Shown here: positions 24,478 through 24,715 of the stretch, piece after piece
Layout: the number at the start of each line of letters is the position of its first letter
Position numbering within the stretch: the first letter of the stretch is position 1
From: a virus
Lineage: Duplodnaviria > Caudoviricetes
IMG/VR virus record: IMGVR_UViG_3300030330_001443
Span: 1 to 24,715 of that record
Direction: 5' to 3' (one strand)
Length of the DNA: 24,715 nt
Program-made: the position numbers and the translations under genes
The notes under the pieces: model-generated
The model's input: only the letters and a program-made list of their open reading frames with translations
What the model was told of the DNA's origin: nothing
The model's database searches: none

Positions 24478-24688
24478 GATAGTATGGGAGATATTCATTG
24501 AAGAAACAATGGGACAAGAGAAGTCTGAACTATTCACTGATAGAATAACAGAGTATGCAGAAGATATGTGCTATATCGTTTATACAAATTTATTATATAG
24601 AATAGATAGAGGGGAAAACATTAATGATATTGAATTTGAAGACATACTGCCTAGAGAACTAATGCAAACAAAAAAGGAGGGGGGGTAA
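24458..24688 (+). CDS. Hypothetical protein
   Basis: 76-aa acidic ORF running into the G-tract. Confidence 0.6.
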   Translation: MSKTINRIVWEIFIEETMGQEKSELFTDRITEYAEDMCYIVYTNLLYRIDRGENINDIEFEDILPRELMQTKKEGG

Positions 24689-24715
24689 AAAGTTTTTTGT
24701 GTAACGACTATACAC
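24676..24715 (+). other. Probable cos/packaging region (continues at positions 1-58)
   Basis: GGAGGGGGGGTAAAAAG tract downstream of HNH and, on circularisation, upstream of terS, as in HK97-like 3'-cos phages. Confidence 0.6.

Larger units (their letters stand above)
1..24715 (+). mobile_element. Near-complete or complete HK97-like siphovirus genome, probable Bacteroidetes (Flavobacteriia) host
   Basis: Complete head-tail-lysis-replication-HNH gene order from terS at the left end to a G-rich cos-like tract at the right end; no bacterial flanking genes; Bacteroidetes-type promoters and SD-less starts. Confidence 0.92.

Noticed and set aside
1-24715. Stop-codon reassignment, introns/inteins, diversity-generating retroelement, tRNAs
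   Set aside because: Core genes are full length in the standard code with ordinary sizes; no reverse transcriptase, template/variable repeat pair or cloverleaf seen

Overview
The window looks like an essentially complete ~24.7 kb HK97-like siphophage genome, opened at or near the packaging (cos) site, with every credible gene on the + strand. Gene order: terS-terL-portal-prohead protease (with a very long N-terminal extension)-major capsid-neck/tail genes-tail assembly chaperones joined by a -1 frameshift-tape measure-tail tip proteins-lysis cluster (several tiny ORFs missed by the ORF track, M15 endolysin, 3TM holin)-metallophosphoesterase-control region-early/replication genes (SSB-like, DnaA domain-IV-like, replication initiator with iterons)-a three-gene cassette (unknown + YbdN/IbrA DUF3440 PP-loop protein + YbdM/IbrB ParB-like protein) bounded by a 13-bp direct repeat-NinG-HNH-DUF3310-like. 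TAnnTTTG promoter elements and A-rich starts without Shine-Dalgarno sequences point to a Bacteroidetes (probably Flavobacteriia) host. I see no integrase, repressor, helicase, primase, polymerase, methyltransferase, tRNA or CRISPR array. Most interesting: the excisable-looking YbdN/YbdM cassette, a candidate ~70-nt sRNA antisense to start-codon regions, the multidomain prohead protease, apparent genome-wide absence of CATG/CCGG/GGCC, and cationic micro-peptides in a lysis module with no recognisable spanin. Family assignments come from motif recognition by eye, not database searches.
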